Assembly: GCA_964057225.1 (NCBI GenBank)
Contig: OZ059900.1
Span: forward strand, 248,001 to 312,000
Reading direction: 5' to 3'
DNA: 64,000 bases
Origin: Auanema rhodensis
Taxonomy: Eukaryota > Animalia > Nematoda
Shown: piece after piece, positions 13,190 through 28,100 of the stretch
Numbering within the stretch: position 1 is the stretch's first letter
How the letters are laid out: every line of letters starts with the position of its first letter
Position numbers and translations under genes: made by a program
Notes under the pieces: generated by a model
The model's input: the letters and a program-made list of their open reading frames with translations, nothing else
Told to the model about the DNA's origin: nothing
The model's database searches: none

Positions 13190-16100
13190 CTTTCTATTTT
13201 CGACCTTTTTTGATCAAAATGAATAAATATCAGTGCAAACTTGTAAAAATGAACTTAATTCGTGTATTGTGTGTTTGATTCTTGAATCTTAACGAATATG
13301 ATCAAAATTTACGAGTATCACAGATTTTGTACCAAAAATCGGTGAGTATATGGTGTTAAAGGCATAAAAACGACCATCCTTAGTGTAGTAATGCTATTTG
13401 AGCGAAATTCAGTATTAAAACATCACTAGCGTTTAATTGATGACTTTTGTTGTTATAGACAATAAAACTATGCTTTTGATCATATATATGAGCGATTTAG
13501 CCAAATTGGACTCAAAACTCGGAAATTTCAAAAATTCTTTCTATTTTCGATCTTTTTTGATCAAAATGAATAAATATCAGTGCAAACTTGTAAAAATAGA
13601 CTTATTTCGTGTATTATGTGTTTGATTCTTGAATCTTAACGAATATGATCAAAATTTACAAGTATTACAGATTTTGTACCAAAAATCGGTGAGTATATGG
13701 TGTTAAAGGCATAAAAACGACCATACTTAGTGTAGTAATGCTATTTGAGCGAAAATCAGTATTTAAACATCACTAGCGTTTAATTAATGACTTTTGTTGT
13801 TATAGACAATAAAACTATGCTTCTGATCATATATATGAGCGATTTAGCCAAATTAGACTCAAAACTCGTAAATTTCAAAAATTCTTTCTATTTTCGACCT
13901 TTTTTGATCAAAATGAATAAATATCAGTGCAAACTTGTAAAAATGAACTTAATTCGTGTATTGTGTGTTTGATTCTTGAATCTTAACGAATATGATCAAA
14001 ATTTACGAGTATCACAGATTTTGTACCAAAAATCGGTGAGTATATGGTGTTAAAGGCATAAAAACGACCATCCTTAGTGTAGTAATGCTATTTGAGCGAA
14101 ATTCAGTATTAAAACATCACTAGCGTTTAATTGATGACTTTTGTTGTTATAGACAATAAAACTATGCTTTTGATCATATATATGAGCGATTTAGCCAAAT
14201 TGGACTCAAAACTCGGAAATTTCAAAAATTCTTTCTATTTTCGACCTTTTTTGATCAAAATGAATATATATCAGTGCAAGCTCATAAAAATAGACTGATT
14301 TTGTGTATTGTGTGTTTGATTCTCAAATCTTAACAAATATGATCAAAATTTACGAGTATTACAGATTTTGTACCAAAAATCGGTGAGTATATGGTGTTAA
14401 AGGCATAAAAACGACCATACTTAGTGTAGTAATGCTATTTGAGCGAAAATCAGTATTTAAACATCACTAGCGTTTAATTGATGACTTTTGTTGTCATAGA
14501 CAACAAAACTATGCTTCTGATCATATATATGAGCGATTTAGCCAAATTAGACTCAAAACTCGGAAATTTCAAAAATTCTTTCTATTTTCGACCTTTTTTG
14601 ATCAAAATGAATATATATCAGTGCAAGCTCATAAAAATAGACTGATTTCGTGTATTGTATGTTTGATTGTCAAATCTTAACGAATATGATCAAAATTTAC
14701 GAGTATTACAGATTTTGTACCAAAAATCGGTGAGTATATGGTGTTAAAGGCATAAAAACGACCATACTTAGTGTAGTTATGCTATTTGAGCGAAATTCAG
14801 TATTTAAACATCACTAGCGTTTAATTGATGACTTTTGTTGTTATAGACAATAAAACTATGCTTTTGATCATATATATGAGCGATTTAGCCAAATTGGACT
14901 CAAAACTCGGACATTTCCAAAATTCTTTCTATTTTCGACCTTTTTTGATCAAAATGAATATATATCAGTGCAAACTCATAAAAATAGACTGATTTTGTGT
15001 ATTGTGTGTTTGATTCTCAAATCTTAACAAATATGATCAAAATTTACAAGTATTAAAGATTTTGTACCAAAAATCGGTGAGTATATGGTGTTAAAGGCAT
15101 AAAAACGACCATACTTAGTGTAGTAATGCTATTTGAGCGAAATTCAGTATTAAAACATCACTAGCGTTTAATTGATGACTTTTGTTGTTATAGACAATAA
15201 AACTATGCTTTTGATCATATATATGAGCGATTTAGCCAAATTGGACTCAAAACTCGGACATTTCCAAAATTCTTTCTATTTTCGACCTTTTTTGATCAAA
15301 ATGAATATATATCAGTGCAAGCTCATAAAAATAGACTGATTTCGTGTATTGTATGTTTGATTCTCGAATCTTAACGAATATGATCAAAATTTACGAGTAT
15401 TACAGATTTTGTACCAAAAATCGGTGAGTATATGGTGTTAAAGGCATAAAAACGACCATACTTAGTGTAGTAATGCTATTTGAGCGAAATTCAGTATTTA
15501 AACATCACTAGCGTTTAATTGATGACTTTTGTTGCTATAGACAATAAAACTATGCTTTTGATCATATATATGAGCGATTTAGCCAAATTGGACTCAAAAC
15601 TCGGAAATTTCAAAAATTCTTTCTATTTTCGACCTTTTTTGATCAAAATGAATATATATCAGTGCAAGCTCATAAAAATAGACTGATTTTGTGTATTGTG
15701 TGTTTGATTCTCAAATCTTAACGAATATGATCAAAATTTACGAGTATTACAGATTTTGTACCAAAAATCGGTGAGTATATGGTGTTAAAGGCATAAAAAC
15801 GACCATACTTAGTGTAGTAATGCTATTTGAGCGAAATTCAGTATTTAAACATCACTAGCGTTTAATTGATGACTTTTGTTGTTATAGACAATAAAACTAT
15901 GCTTTTGATCATATATATGAGCGATTTAGCCAAATTGGACTCAAAACTCGGACATTTCCAAAATTCTTTCTATTTTCGACCTTTTTTGATCAAAATGAAT
16001 ATATATCAGTGCAAGCTCATAAAAATAGACTGATTTCGTGTATTGTATGTTTGATTCTCGAATCTTAACGAATATGATCAAAATTTACGAGTATTACAGA

Positions 16101-18959
16101 TTTTGTACCAAAAATCGGTGAGTATATGGTGTTAAAGGCATAAAAACGACCATACTTAGTGTAGTAATGCTATTTGAGCGAAATTCAGTATTTAAACATC
16201 ACTAGCGTTTAATTGATGACTTTTGTTGCTATAGACAATAAAACTATGCTTTTGATTATATATATGAGCGATTCAGCCAAATTGGACTCAAAACTCGGAA
16301 ATTTCAAAAATTCTTTCTATTTTCGACCTTTTTTGATCAAAATGAATATATATCAGTGCAAGCTCATAAAAATAGACTGATTTTGTGTATTGTGTGTTTG
16401 ATTCTCAAATCTTAACGAATATGATCAAAATTTACGAGTATTACAGATTTTGTACCAAAAATCGGTGAGTATATGGTGTTAAAGGCATAAAAACGACCAT
16501 ACTTAGTGTAGTAATGCTATTTGAGCGAAATTCAGTATTAAAACATCACTAGCGTTTAATTGATGACTTTTGTTGTTATAGACAATAAAACTATGCTTTT
16601 GATCATATATATGAGCGATTTAGCCAAATTGGACTCAAAACTCGGAAATTTCAAAAATTCTTTCTATTTTCGACCTTTTTTGATCAAAATGAATATATAT
16701 CAGTGCAAGCTCATAAAAATAGACTGATTTTGTGTATTGTGTGTTTGATTCTCAAATCTTAACAAATATGATCAAAATTTACGAGTATTACAGATTTTGT
16801 ACCAAAAATCGGTGAGTATATGGTGTTAAAGGCATAAAAACGACCATACTTAGTGTAGTAATGCTATTTGAGCGAAAATCAGTATTTAAACATCACTAGC
16901 GTTTAATTGATGACTTTTGTTGTCATAGACAACAAAACTATGCTTCTGATCATATATATGAGCGATTTAGCCAAATTAGACTCAAAACTCGGAAATTTCA
17001 AAAATTCTTTCTATTTTCGACCTTTTTTGATCAAAATGAATATATATCAGTGCAAGCTCATAAAAATAGACTGATTTCGTGTATTGTATGTTTGATTCTC
17101 AAGTCTTAACGAATATGATCAAAATTTACGAGTATTACAGATTTTGTACCAAAAATCGGTGAGTATATGGTGTTAAAGGCATAAAAACGACCATACTTAG
17201 TGTAGTTATGCTATTTGAGCGAAATTCAGTATTTAAACATCACTAGCGTTTAATTGATGACTTTTGTTGTTATAGACAATAAAACTATGCTTTTGATCAT
17301 ATATATGAGCGATTTAGCCAAATTGGACTCAAAACTCGGACATTTCCAAAATTCTTTCTATTTTCGACCTTTTTTGATCAAAATGAATATATATCAGTGC
17401 AAACTCATAAAAATAGACTGATTTTGTGTATTGTGTGTTTGATTCTCAAATCTTAACAAATATGATCAAAATTTACAAGTATTAAAGATTTTGTACCAAA
17501 AATCGGTGAGTATATGGTGTTAAAGGCATAAAAACGACCATACTTAGTGTAGTAATGCTATTTGAGCGAAATTCAGTATTAAAACATCACTAGCGTTTAA
17601 TTGATGACTTTTGTTGTTATAGACAATAAAACTATGCTTTTGATCATATATATGAGCGATTTAGCCAAATTGGACTCAAAACTTGGAAATTTCAAAAATT
17701 CTTTCTATTTTCGACCTTTTTTGATCAAAATGAATATATATCAGTGCAAGCTCATAAAAATAGACTGATTTTGTGTATTGTGTGTTTGATTCTCAAATCT
17801 TAACGAATTTGATCAAAATTTACGAGTATTACAGATTTTGTACCAAAAATCGGTGAGTATATGGTGTTAAAGGCATAAAAACGACCATACTTAGTGTAGT
17901 AATGCTATTTGAGCGAAATTCAGTATTTAAACATCACTAGCGTTTAATTGATGACTTTTGTTGTTATAGACAATAAAACTATGCTTTTGATCATATATAT
18001 GAGCGATTTAGCCAAATTGGACTCAAAACTCGGAAATTTCAAAAATTCTTTCTATTTTCGATCTTTTTTGATCAAAATGAATAAATATCAGTGCAAACTT
18101 GTAAAAATAGACTTATTTCGTGTATTATGTGTTTGATTCTTGAATCTTAACGAATATGATCAAAATTTACAAGTATTACAGATTTTGTACCAAAAATCGG
18201 TGAGTATATGGTGTTAAAGGCATAAAAACGACCATACTTAGTGTAGTAATGCTATTTGAGCGAAAATCAGTATTTAAACATCACTAGCGTTTAATTAATG
18301 ACTTTTGTTGTTATAGACAATAAAACTATGCTTCTGATCATATATATGAGCGATTTAGCCAAATTAGACTCAAAACTCGTAAATTTCAAAAATTCTTTCT
18401 ATTTTCGACCTTTTTTGATCAAAATGAATAAATATCAGTGCAAACTTGTAAAAATGAACTTAATTCGTGTATTGTGTGTTTGATTCTTGAATCTTAACGA
18501 ATATGATCAAAATTTACGAGTATCACAGATTTTGTACCAAAAATCGGTGAGTATATGGTGTTAAAGGCATAAAAACGACCATCCTTAGTGTAGTAATGCT
18601 ATTTGAGCGAAATTCAGTATTAAAACATCACTAGCGTTTAATTGATGACTTTTGTTGTTATAGACAATAAAACTATGCTTTTGATCATATATATGAGCGA
18701 TTTAGCCAAATTGGACTCAAAACTCGGAAATTTCAAAAATTCTTTCTATTTTCGACCTTTTTTGATCAAAATGAATATATATCAGTGCAAGCTCATAAAA
18801 ATAGACTGATTTTGTGTATTGTGTGTTTGATTCTCAAATCTTAACAAATATGATCAAAATTTACGAGTATTACAGATTTTGTACCAAAAATCGGTGAGTA
18901 TATGGTGTTAAAGGCATAAAAACGACCATACTTAGTGTAGTAATGCTATTTGAGCGAAA
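13190..18959 (+). repeat. Second copy of the ~5.8-kb duplicated block
   Basis: Matches 2772-8545. The differences I saw are the 4-bp insertion near 5239 and C4251 versus G14669. Confidence 0.85.
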
Positions 18960-21900
18960 ATCAGTATTTAAACATCACTAGCGTTTAATTGATGACTTTT
19001 GTTGTCATAGACAACAAAACTATGCTTCTGATCATATATATGAGCGATTTAGCCAAATTAGACTCAAAACTCGGAAATTTCAAAAATTCTTTCTATTTTC
19101 GACCTTTTTTGATCAAAATGAATATATATCAGTGCAAGCTCATAAAAATAGACTGATTTCGTGTATTGTATGTTTGATTCTCAAATCTTAACGAATATGA
19201 TCAAAATTTACGAGTATTACAGATTTTGTACCAAAAATCGGTGAGTATATGGTGTTAAAGGCATAAAAACGACCATACTTAGTGTAGTTATGCTATTTGA
19301 GCGAAATTCAGTATTTAAACATCACTAGCGTTTAATTGATGACTTTTGTTGTTATAGACAATAAAACTATGCTTTTGATCATATATATGAGCGATTTAGC
19401 CAAATTGGACTCAAAACTCGGACATTTCCAAAATTCTTTCTATTTTCGACCTTTTTTGATCAAAATGAATATATATCAGTGCAAACTCATAAAAATAGAC
19501 TGATTTTGTGTATTGTGTGTTTGATTCTCAAATCTTAACAAATATGATCAAAATTTACAAGTATTAAAGATTTTGTACCAAAAATCGGTGAGTATATGGT
19601 GTTAAAGGCATAAAAACGACCATACTTAGTGTAGTAATGCTATTTGAGCGAAATTCAGTATTAAAACATCACTAGCGTTTAATTGATGACTTTTGTTGTT
19701 ATAGACAATAAAACTATGCTTTTGATCGTATATATGAGCGATTTAGCCAAATTGGACTCAAAACTCGGAAATTTCAAAAATTCTTTCTATTTTCGACCTT
19801 TTTTGATCAAAATGAATATATATCAGTGCAAGCTCATAAAAATAGACTGATTTTGTGTATTGTGTGTTTGATTCTCAAATCTTAACGAATATGATCAAAA
19901 TTTACGAGTATTACAGATTTTGTACCAAAAATCGGTGAGTATATGGTGTTAAAGGCATAAAAACGACCATACTTAGTGTAGTAATGCTATTTGAGCGAAA
20001 TTCAGTATTAAAACATCACTAGCGTTTAATTGATGACTTTTGTTGTTATAGACAATAAAACTATGCTTTTGATCATATATATGAGCGATTTAGCCAAATT
20101 GGACTCAAAACTCGGAAATTTCAAAAATTCTTTCTATTTTCGATCTTTTTTGATCAAAATGAATAAATATCAGTGCAAACTTGTAAAAATAGACTTATTT
20201 CGTGTATTATGTGTTTGATTCTTGAATCTTAACGAATATGATCAAAATTTACAAGTATTACAGATTTTGTACCAAAAATCGGTGAGTATATGGTGTTAAA
20301 GGCATAAAAACGACCATACTTAGTGTAGTAATGCTATTTGAGCGAAAATCAGTATTTAAACATCACTAGCGTTTAATTAATGACTTTTGTTGTTATAGAC
20401 AATAAAACTATGCTTCTGATCATATATATGAGCGATTTAGCCAAATTAGACTCAAAACTCGTAAATTTCAAAAATTCTTTCTATTTTCGACCTTTTTTGA
20501 TCAAAATGAATAAATATCAGTGCAAACTTGTAAAAATGAACTTAATTCGTGTATTGTGTGTTTGATTCTTGAATCTTAACGAATATGATCAAAATTTACG
20601 AGTATCACAGATTTTGTACCAAAAATCGGTGAGTATATGGTGTTAAAGGCATAAAAACGACCATCCTTAGTGTAGTAATGCTATTTGAGCGAAATTCAGT
20701 ATTAAAACATCACTAGCGTTTAATTGATGACTTTTGTTGTTATAGACAATAAAACTATGCTTTTGATCATATATATGAGCGATTTAGCCAAATTGGACTC
20801 AAAACTCGGAAATTTCAAAAATTCTTTCTATTTTCGACCTTTTTTGATCAAAATGAATATATATCAGTGCAAGCTCATAAAAATAGACTGATTTTGTGTA
20901 TTGTGTGTTTGATTCTCAAATCTTAACAAATATGATCAAAATTTACGAGTATTACAGATTTTGTACCAAAAATCGGTGAGTATATGGTGTTAAAGGCATA
21001 AAAACGACCATACTTAGTGTAGTAATGCTATTTGAGCGAAAATCAGTATTTAAACATCACTAGCGTTTAATTGATGACTTTTGTTGTCATAGACAACAAA
21101 ACTATGCTTCTGATCATATATATGAGCGATTTAGCCAAATTAGACTCAAAACTCGGAAATTTCAAAAATTCTTTCTATTTTCGACCTTTTTTGATCAAAA
21201 TGAATATATATCAGTGCAAGCTCATAAAAATAGACTGATTTCGTGTATTGTATGTTTGATTCTCAAATCTTAACGAATATGATCAAAATTTACGAGTATT
21301 ACAGATTTTGTACCAAAAATCGGTGAGTATATGGTGTTAAAGGCATAAAAACGACCATACTTAGTGTAGTTATGCTATTTGAGCGAAATTCAGTATTTAA
21401 ACATCACTAGCGTTTAATTGATGACTTTTGTTGTTATAGACAATAAAACTATGCTTTTGATCATATATATGAGCGATTTAGCCAAATTGGACTCAAAACT
21501 CGGACATTTCCAAAATTCTTTCTATTTTCGACCTTTTTTGATCAAAATGAATATATATCAGTGCAAACTCATAAAAATAGACTGATTTTGTGTATTGTGT
21601 GTTTGATTCTCAAATCTTAACAAATATGATCAAAATTTACAAGTATTAAAGATTTTGTACCAAAAATCGGTGAGTATATGGTGTTAAAGGCATAAAAACG
21701 ACCATACTTAGTGTAGTAATGCTATTTGAGCGAAATTCAGTATTAAAACATCACTAGCGTTTAATTGATGACTTTTGTTGTTATAGACAATAAAACTATG
21801 CTTTTGATCGTATATATGAGCGATTTAGCCAAATTGGACTCAAAACTCGGAAATTTCAAAAATTCTTTCTATTTTCGACCTTTTTTGATCAAAATGAATA

Positions 21901-22170
21901 TATATCAGTGCAAGCTCATAAAAATAGACTGATTTTGTGTATTGTGTGTTTGATTCTCAAATCTTAACGAATATGATCAAAATTTACGAGTATTACAGAT
22001 TTTGTACCAAAAATCGGTGAGTATATGGTGTTAAAGGCATAAAAACGACCATACTTAGTGTAGTAATGCTATTTGAGCGAAATTCAGTATTAAAACATCA
22101 CTAGCGTTTAATTGATGACTTTTGTTGTTATAGACAATAAAACTATGCTTTTGATCATATATATGAGCGA
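17935..22170 (+). repeat. Tandem 6-mer higher-order repeat (2082 bp), ~2 copies
   Basis: ORFs 17948/18298 recur at 20030/20380. The private SNP GATCGTATAT at 19725 and 21807 has offset 2082 = 6 x 347. Confidence 0.88.
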
Positions 22171-25100
22171 TTCAGCCAAATTGGACTCAAAACTCGGAAA
22201 TTTCAAAAATTCTTTCTATTTTCGACCTTTTTTGATCAAAATGAATCTATATCAGTGCAAGCTCATAAAAATAGACTGATTTTGTGTATTGTGTGTTTGA
22301 TTCTCAAATCTTAACGAATATGATCAAAATTTACGAGTATTACAGATTTTGTACCAAAAATCGGTGAGTATATGGTGTTAAAGGCATAAAAACGACCATA
22401 CTTAGTGTAGTAATGCTATTTGAGCGAAATTCAGTATTTAAACATCACTAGCGTTTAATTGATGACTTTTGTTGTTATAGACAATAAAACTATGCTTTTG
22501 ATCATATATATGAGCGATTTAGCCAAATTGGACTCAAAACTCGGAAATTTCAAAAATTCTTTCTATTTTCGACCTTTTTTGATCAAAATGAATATATATC
22601 AGTGCAAGCTCATAAAAATAGACTGATTTTGTGTATTGTGTGTTTGATTCTCAAATCTTAACAAATATGATCAAAATTTACGAGTATTACAGATTTTGTA
22701 CCAAAAATCGGTGAGTATATGGTGTTAAAGGCATAAAAACGACCATACTTAGTGTAGTAATGCTATTTGAGCGAAAATCAGTATTTAAACATCACTAGCG
22801 TTTAATTGATGACTTTTGTTGTCATAGACAACAAAACTATGCTTCTGATCATATATATGAGCGATTTAGCCAAATTAGACTCAAAACTCGGAAATTTCAA
22901 AAATTCTTTCTATTTTCGACCTTTTTTGATCAAAATGAATATATATCAGTGCAAGCTCATAAAAATAGACTGATTTCGTGTATTGTATGTTTGATTCTCA
23001 AGTCTTAACGAATATGATCATAATTTACGAGTATTACAGATTTTGTACCAAAAATCGGTGAGTATATGGTGTTAAAGGCATAAAAACGACCATACTTAGT
23101 GTAGTTATGCTATTTGAGCGAAATTCAGTATTTAAACATCACTAGCGTTTAATTGATGACTTTTGTTGTTATAGACAATAAAACTATGCTTTTGATCATA
23201 TATATGAGCGATTTAGCCAAATTGGACTCAAAACTCGGACATTTCCAAAATTCTTTCTATTTTCGACCTTTTTTGATCAAAATGAATATATATCAGTGCA
23301 AACTCATAAAAATAGACTGATTTTGTGTATTGTGTGTTTGATTCTCAAATCTTAACAAATATGATCAAAATTTACAAGTATTAAAGATTTTGTACCAAAA
23401 ATCGGTGAGTATATGGTGTTAAAGGCATAAAAACGACCATACTTAGTGTAGTAATGCTATTTGAGCGAAATTCAGTATTAAAACATCACTAGCGTTTAAT
23501 TGATGACTTTTGTTGTTATAGACAATAAAACTATGCTTTTGATCATATATATGAGCGATTTAGCCAAATTGGACTCAAAACTTGGAAATTTCAAAAATTC
23601 TTTCTATTTTCGACCTTTTTTGATCAAAATGAATATATATCAGTGCAAGCTCATAAAAATAGACTGATTTTGTGTATTGTGTGTTTGATTCTCAAATCTT
23701 AACGAATTTGATCAAAATTTACGAGTATTACAGATTTTGTACCAAAAATCGGTGAGTATATGGTGTTAAAGGCATAAAAACGACCATACTTAGTGTAGTA
23801 ATGCTATTTGAGCGAAATTCAGTATTTAAACATCACTAGCGTTTAATTGATGACTTTTGTTGTTATAGACAATAAAACTATGCTTTTGATCATATATATG
23901 AGCGATTTAGCCAAATTGGACTCAAAACTCGGACATTTCCAAAATTCTTTCTAATTTCGACCTTTTTTGATCAAAATGAATAAATATCAGTGCAAGCTCA
24001 TAAAAATAGACTGATTTTGTGTATTGTGTGTTTGATTCTCAAATCTTAACGAATATGATCAAAATTTACGAGTATTACAGATTTTGTACCAAAAATCGGT
24101 GAGTATATGGTGTTAAAGGCATAAAAACGACCATACTTAGTGTAGTAATGCTATTTGAGCGAAAATCAGTATTTAAACATCACTAGCGTTTAATTGATGA
24201 CTTTTGTTGTTATAGACAATAAAACTATGCTTTTGATCATATATATGAGCGATTTAGCCCAATTGGACTCAAAACTCGGAAAATTCAAAAATTCTTTCTA
24301 TTTTCGACCTTTTTTGATCAAAATGAATATATATCAGTGCAAGCTCATAAAAATAGACTGATTTTGTGTATTGTGTGTTTGATTCTCAAATCTTAACGAA
24401 TATGATCAAAATTTACGAGTATTACAGATTTTGTACCAAAAATCGGTGAGTATATGGTGTTAAAGGCATAAAAACGACCATACTTAGTGTAGTAATGCTA
24501 TTTGAGCGAAAATCAGTATTTAAACATCACTAGCGTTTAATTGATGACTTTTGTTGCTATAGACAATAAAACTATGCTTTTGATCATATATATGAGCGAT
24601 TTAGCCCAATTGGACTCAAAACTCGGAAAATTCAAAAATTCTTTCTATTTTCGACCTTTTTTGATCAAAATGAATATATATCAGTGCAAACTCATAAAAA
24701 TAGACTGATTTTGTTTATTGTGTGTTTGATTTTCAAATCTTAACGAATATGATCAAAATTTACGAGTATTACAGATTTTGTACCAAAAATCGGTGAGTAT
24801 ATGGTGTTAAAGGCATAAAAACGACCATACTTAGTGTAGTAATGCTATTTGAGCGAAAATCAGTATTTAAACATCACTAGCGTTTAATTGATGACTTTTG
24901 TTGTCATAGACAATAAAACTATGCTTTTGATCATATATATGAGCGATTTAGCCCAATTGGACTCAAAACTCGGAAAATTCAAAAATTCTTTCTATTTTCG
25001 ACCTTTTTTGATCAAAATGAATATATATCAGTGCAAACTCATAAAAATAGACTGATTTTGTTTATTGTGTGTTTGATTTTCAAATCTTAACGAATATGAT

Positions 25101-28100
25101 CAAAATTTACGAGTATTACAGATTTTGTACCAAAAATCGGTGAGTATATGGTGTTAAAGGCATAAAAACGACCATACTTAGTGTAGTAATGCTATTTGAG
25201 CGAAATTCAGTATCGAAACATCACTAGCGTTTAATTGATGACTTTTGTTGTTATAGACAATAAAACTATGCTTTTGATCATATATATGAGCGATTTAGCC
25301 AAATTGGACTCAAAACTCGGACATTTCCAAAATTCTTTCTATTTTCGACCTTTTTTGATCAAAATGAATATATATCAGTGCAAGCTCATAAAAATAGACT
25401 GATTTCGTGTATTGTATGTTTGATTCTCGAATCTTAACGAATATGATCAAAATTTACGAGTATTACAGATTTTGTACCAAAAATCGGTGAGTATATGGTG
25501 TTAAAGGCATAAAAACGACCATACTTAGTGTAGTAATGCTATTTGAGCGAAATTTAGTGATTTAAACATCATTAGTGTTTAATTAATGACTTTTGTTGTC
25601 ATAGACAATAAAACTATGCTTTTGATCATATATATGAGCGATTTAGCCCAATTGGACTCAAAACTCGGAAAATTCAAAAATTCTTTCTATTTTCGACCTT
25701 TTTTGATCAAAATGAATATATATCAGTGCAAGCTCATAAAAATAGACTGATTTCGTGTATTGTGTGTTTGATTCTCAAATCTTAACGAATATGATCAAAA
25801 TTTACGAGTATTACAGATTTTGTACCAAAAATCGGTGAGTATATGGTGTTAGAGGCATAAAAACGACCATACTTAGTGTAGTAATGCTATTTGAGCGAAA
25901 TTCAGTATTTAAACATCACTAGCGTTTAATTGATGACTTTTGTTGTTATAGACAATAAAACTATGCTTTTGATCATATATATGAGCGATTTAGCCAAATT
26001 GGACTCAAAACTCGGAAATTTCAAAAATTCTTTCTATTTTCGACCTTTTTTGATCAAAATGAATATATATCAGTGCAAGCTCATAAAAATAGACTGATTT
26101 TGTTTATTGTGTGTTTGATTTTCAAATCTTAACGAATATGATCAAAATTTACGAGTATTACAGATTTTGTACCAAAAATCGGTGAGTATATGGTGTTAAA
26201 GGCATAAAATCGACCATACTTAGTGTAGTAATGCTATTTGAGCGAAAATCAGTATTTAAACATCACTAGCGTTTAATTGATGACTTTTGTTGTCATAGAC
26301 AACAAAACTATGCTTCTGATCATATATATGAGCGATTTAGCCAAATTAGACTCAAAACTCGGAAATTTCAAAAATTCTTTCTATTTTCGACCTTTTTTGA
26401 TCAAAATGAATATATATCAGTGCAAGCTCATAAAAATAGACTGATTCTGTTTATTGTGTGTTTGATTCTCAAATCTTAACGAATATGATCAAAATTTACG
26501 AGTATTACAGATTTTGTACCAAAAATCGGTGAGTATATGGTGTTAAAGGCATAAAAACGACCATACTTAGTGTAGTTATGCTATTTGAGCGAAATTCAGT
26601 ATTTAAACATCACTAGCGTTTAATTGATGACTTTTGTTGTTATAGACAATAAAACTATGCTTTTGATCATATATATGAGCGATTTAGCCAAATTGGACTC
26701 AAAACTCGGAAATTTCAAAAATTCTTTCTATTTTCGACCTTTTTTGATCAAAATGAATATATATCAGTGCAAGCTCATAAAAATAGACTGATTCTGTTTA
26801 TTGTGTGTTTGATTCTCAAATCTTAACGAATATGATCAAAATTTACGAGTATTACAGATTTTGTACCAAAAATCGGTGAGTATATGGTGTTAAAGGCATA
26901 AAAACGACCATACTTAGTGTAGTAATGCTATTTGAGCGAAAATCAGTATTTAAACATCACTAGCGTTTAATTGATGACTTTTGTAGTCATAGACAACAAA
27001 ACTATGCTTCTGATCATATATATGAGCGATTTAGCCAAATTAGACTCAAAACTCGGAAATTTCAAAAATTCTTTCTATTTTCGACCTTTTTTGATCAAAA
27101 TGAATATATATCAGTGCAAGCTCATAAAAATAGACTGATTTCGTGTATTGTATGTTTGATTCTCAAATCTTAACGAATATGATCAAAATTTACGAGTATT
27201 ACAGATTTTGTACCAAAAATCGGTGAGTATATGGTGTTAAAGGCATAAAAACGACCATACTTAGTGTAGTTATGCTATTTGAGCGAAATTCAGTATTTAA
27301 ACATCACTAGCGTTTAATTGATGACTTTTGTTGTTATAGACAATAAAACTATGCTTTTGATCATATATATGAGCGATTTAGCCAAATTGGACTCAAAACT
27401 CGGACATTTCCAAAATTCTTTCTATTTTCGACCTTTTTTGATCAAAATGAATATATATCAGTGCAAACTCATAAAAATAGACTGATTTTGTGTATTGTGT
27501 GTTTGATTCTCAAATCTTAACAAATATGATCAAAATTTACAAGTATTACAGATTTTGTACCAAAAATCGGTGAGTATATGGTGTTAAAGGCATAAAAACG
27601 ACCATACTTAGTGTAGTAATGCTATTTGAGCGAAATTCAGTATTAAAACATCACCAGCGTTTAATTGATGACTTTTGTTATCATAGACAGTAAAACTATG
27701 CTTTTGATTATATATATGAACGATTTAGCCCAATTGGACTCAAAACTCGGAAATTTCAAAAATTCTTTCTATTTTCGACCTTTTTTGATCAAAATGAATA
27801 AATATCAGTGCAAGCTCATAAAAATAGACTGATTTTGTGTATTGTATGTTTGATTCTCAAATCTTAACGAATATGATCAAAATTTACGAGTATTACAGAT
27901 TTTGTACCAAAAATCGGTGAGTATATGGTGTTAAAGGCATAAAAACGACCATACTTAGTGTAGTAATGCTATTTGAGCGAAATTCAGTATTTAAACATCA
28001 CTAGCGTTTAATTGATGACTTTTGTTGTTATAGACAATAAAACTATGCTTTTGATCATATATATGAGCGATTTAGCCAAATTGGACTCAAAACTCGGACA

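Noticed and set aside
2672-20565. 21 plus-strand 61-74 aa ORFs (MTFVVIDNKTMLLII...)
   Set aside because: All are the same monomer segment. Most pass the length cut-off only because a SNP changes GACTGA to GACTTA or AACTTA, and one because of the 4-bp insertion. Most copies have the earlier stop, the starts are mainly TTG/GTG, and the F/K/I/L/N-rich composition reflects AT content with no recognisable domain.
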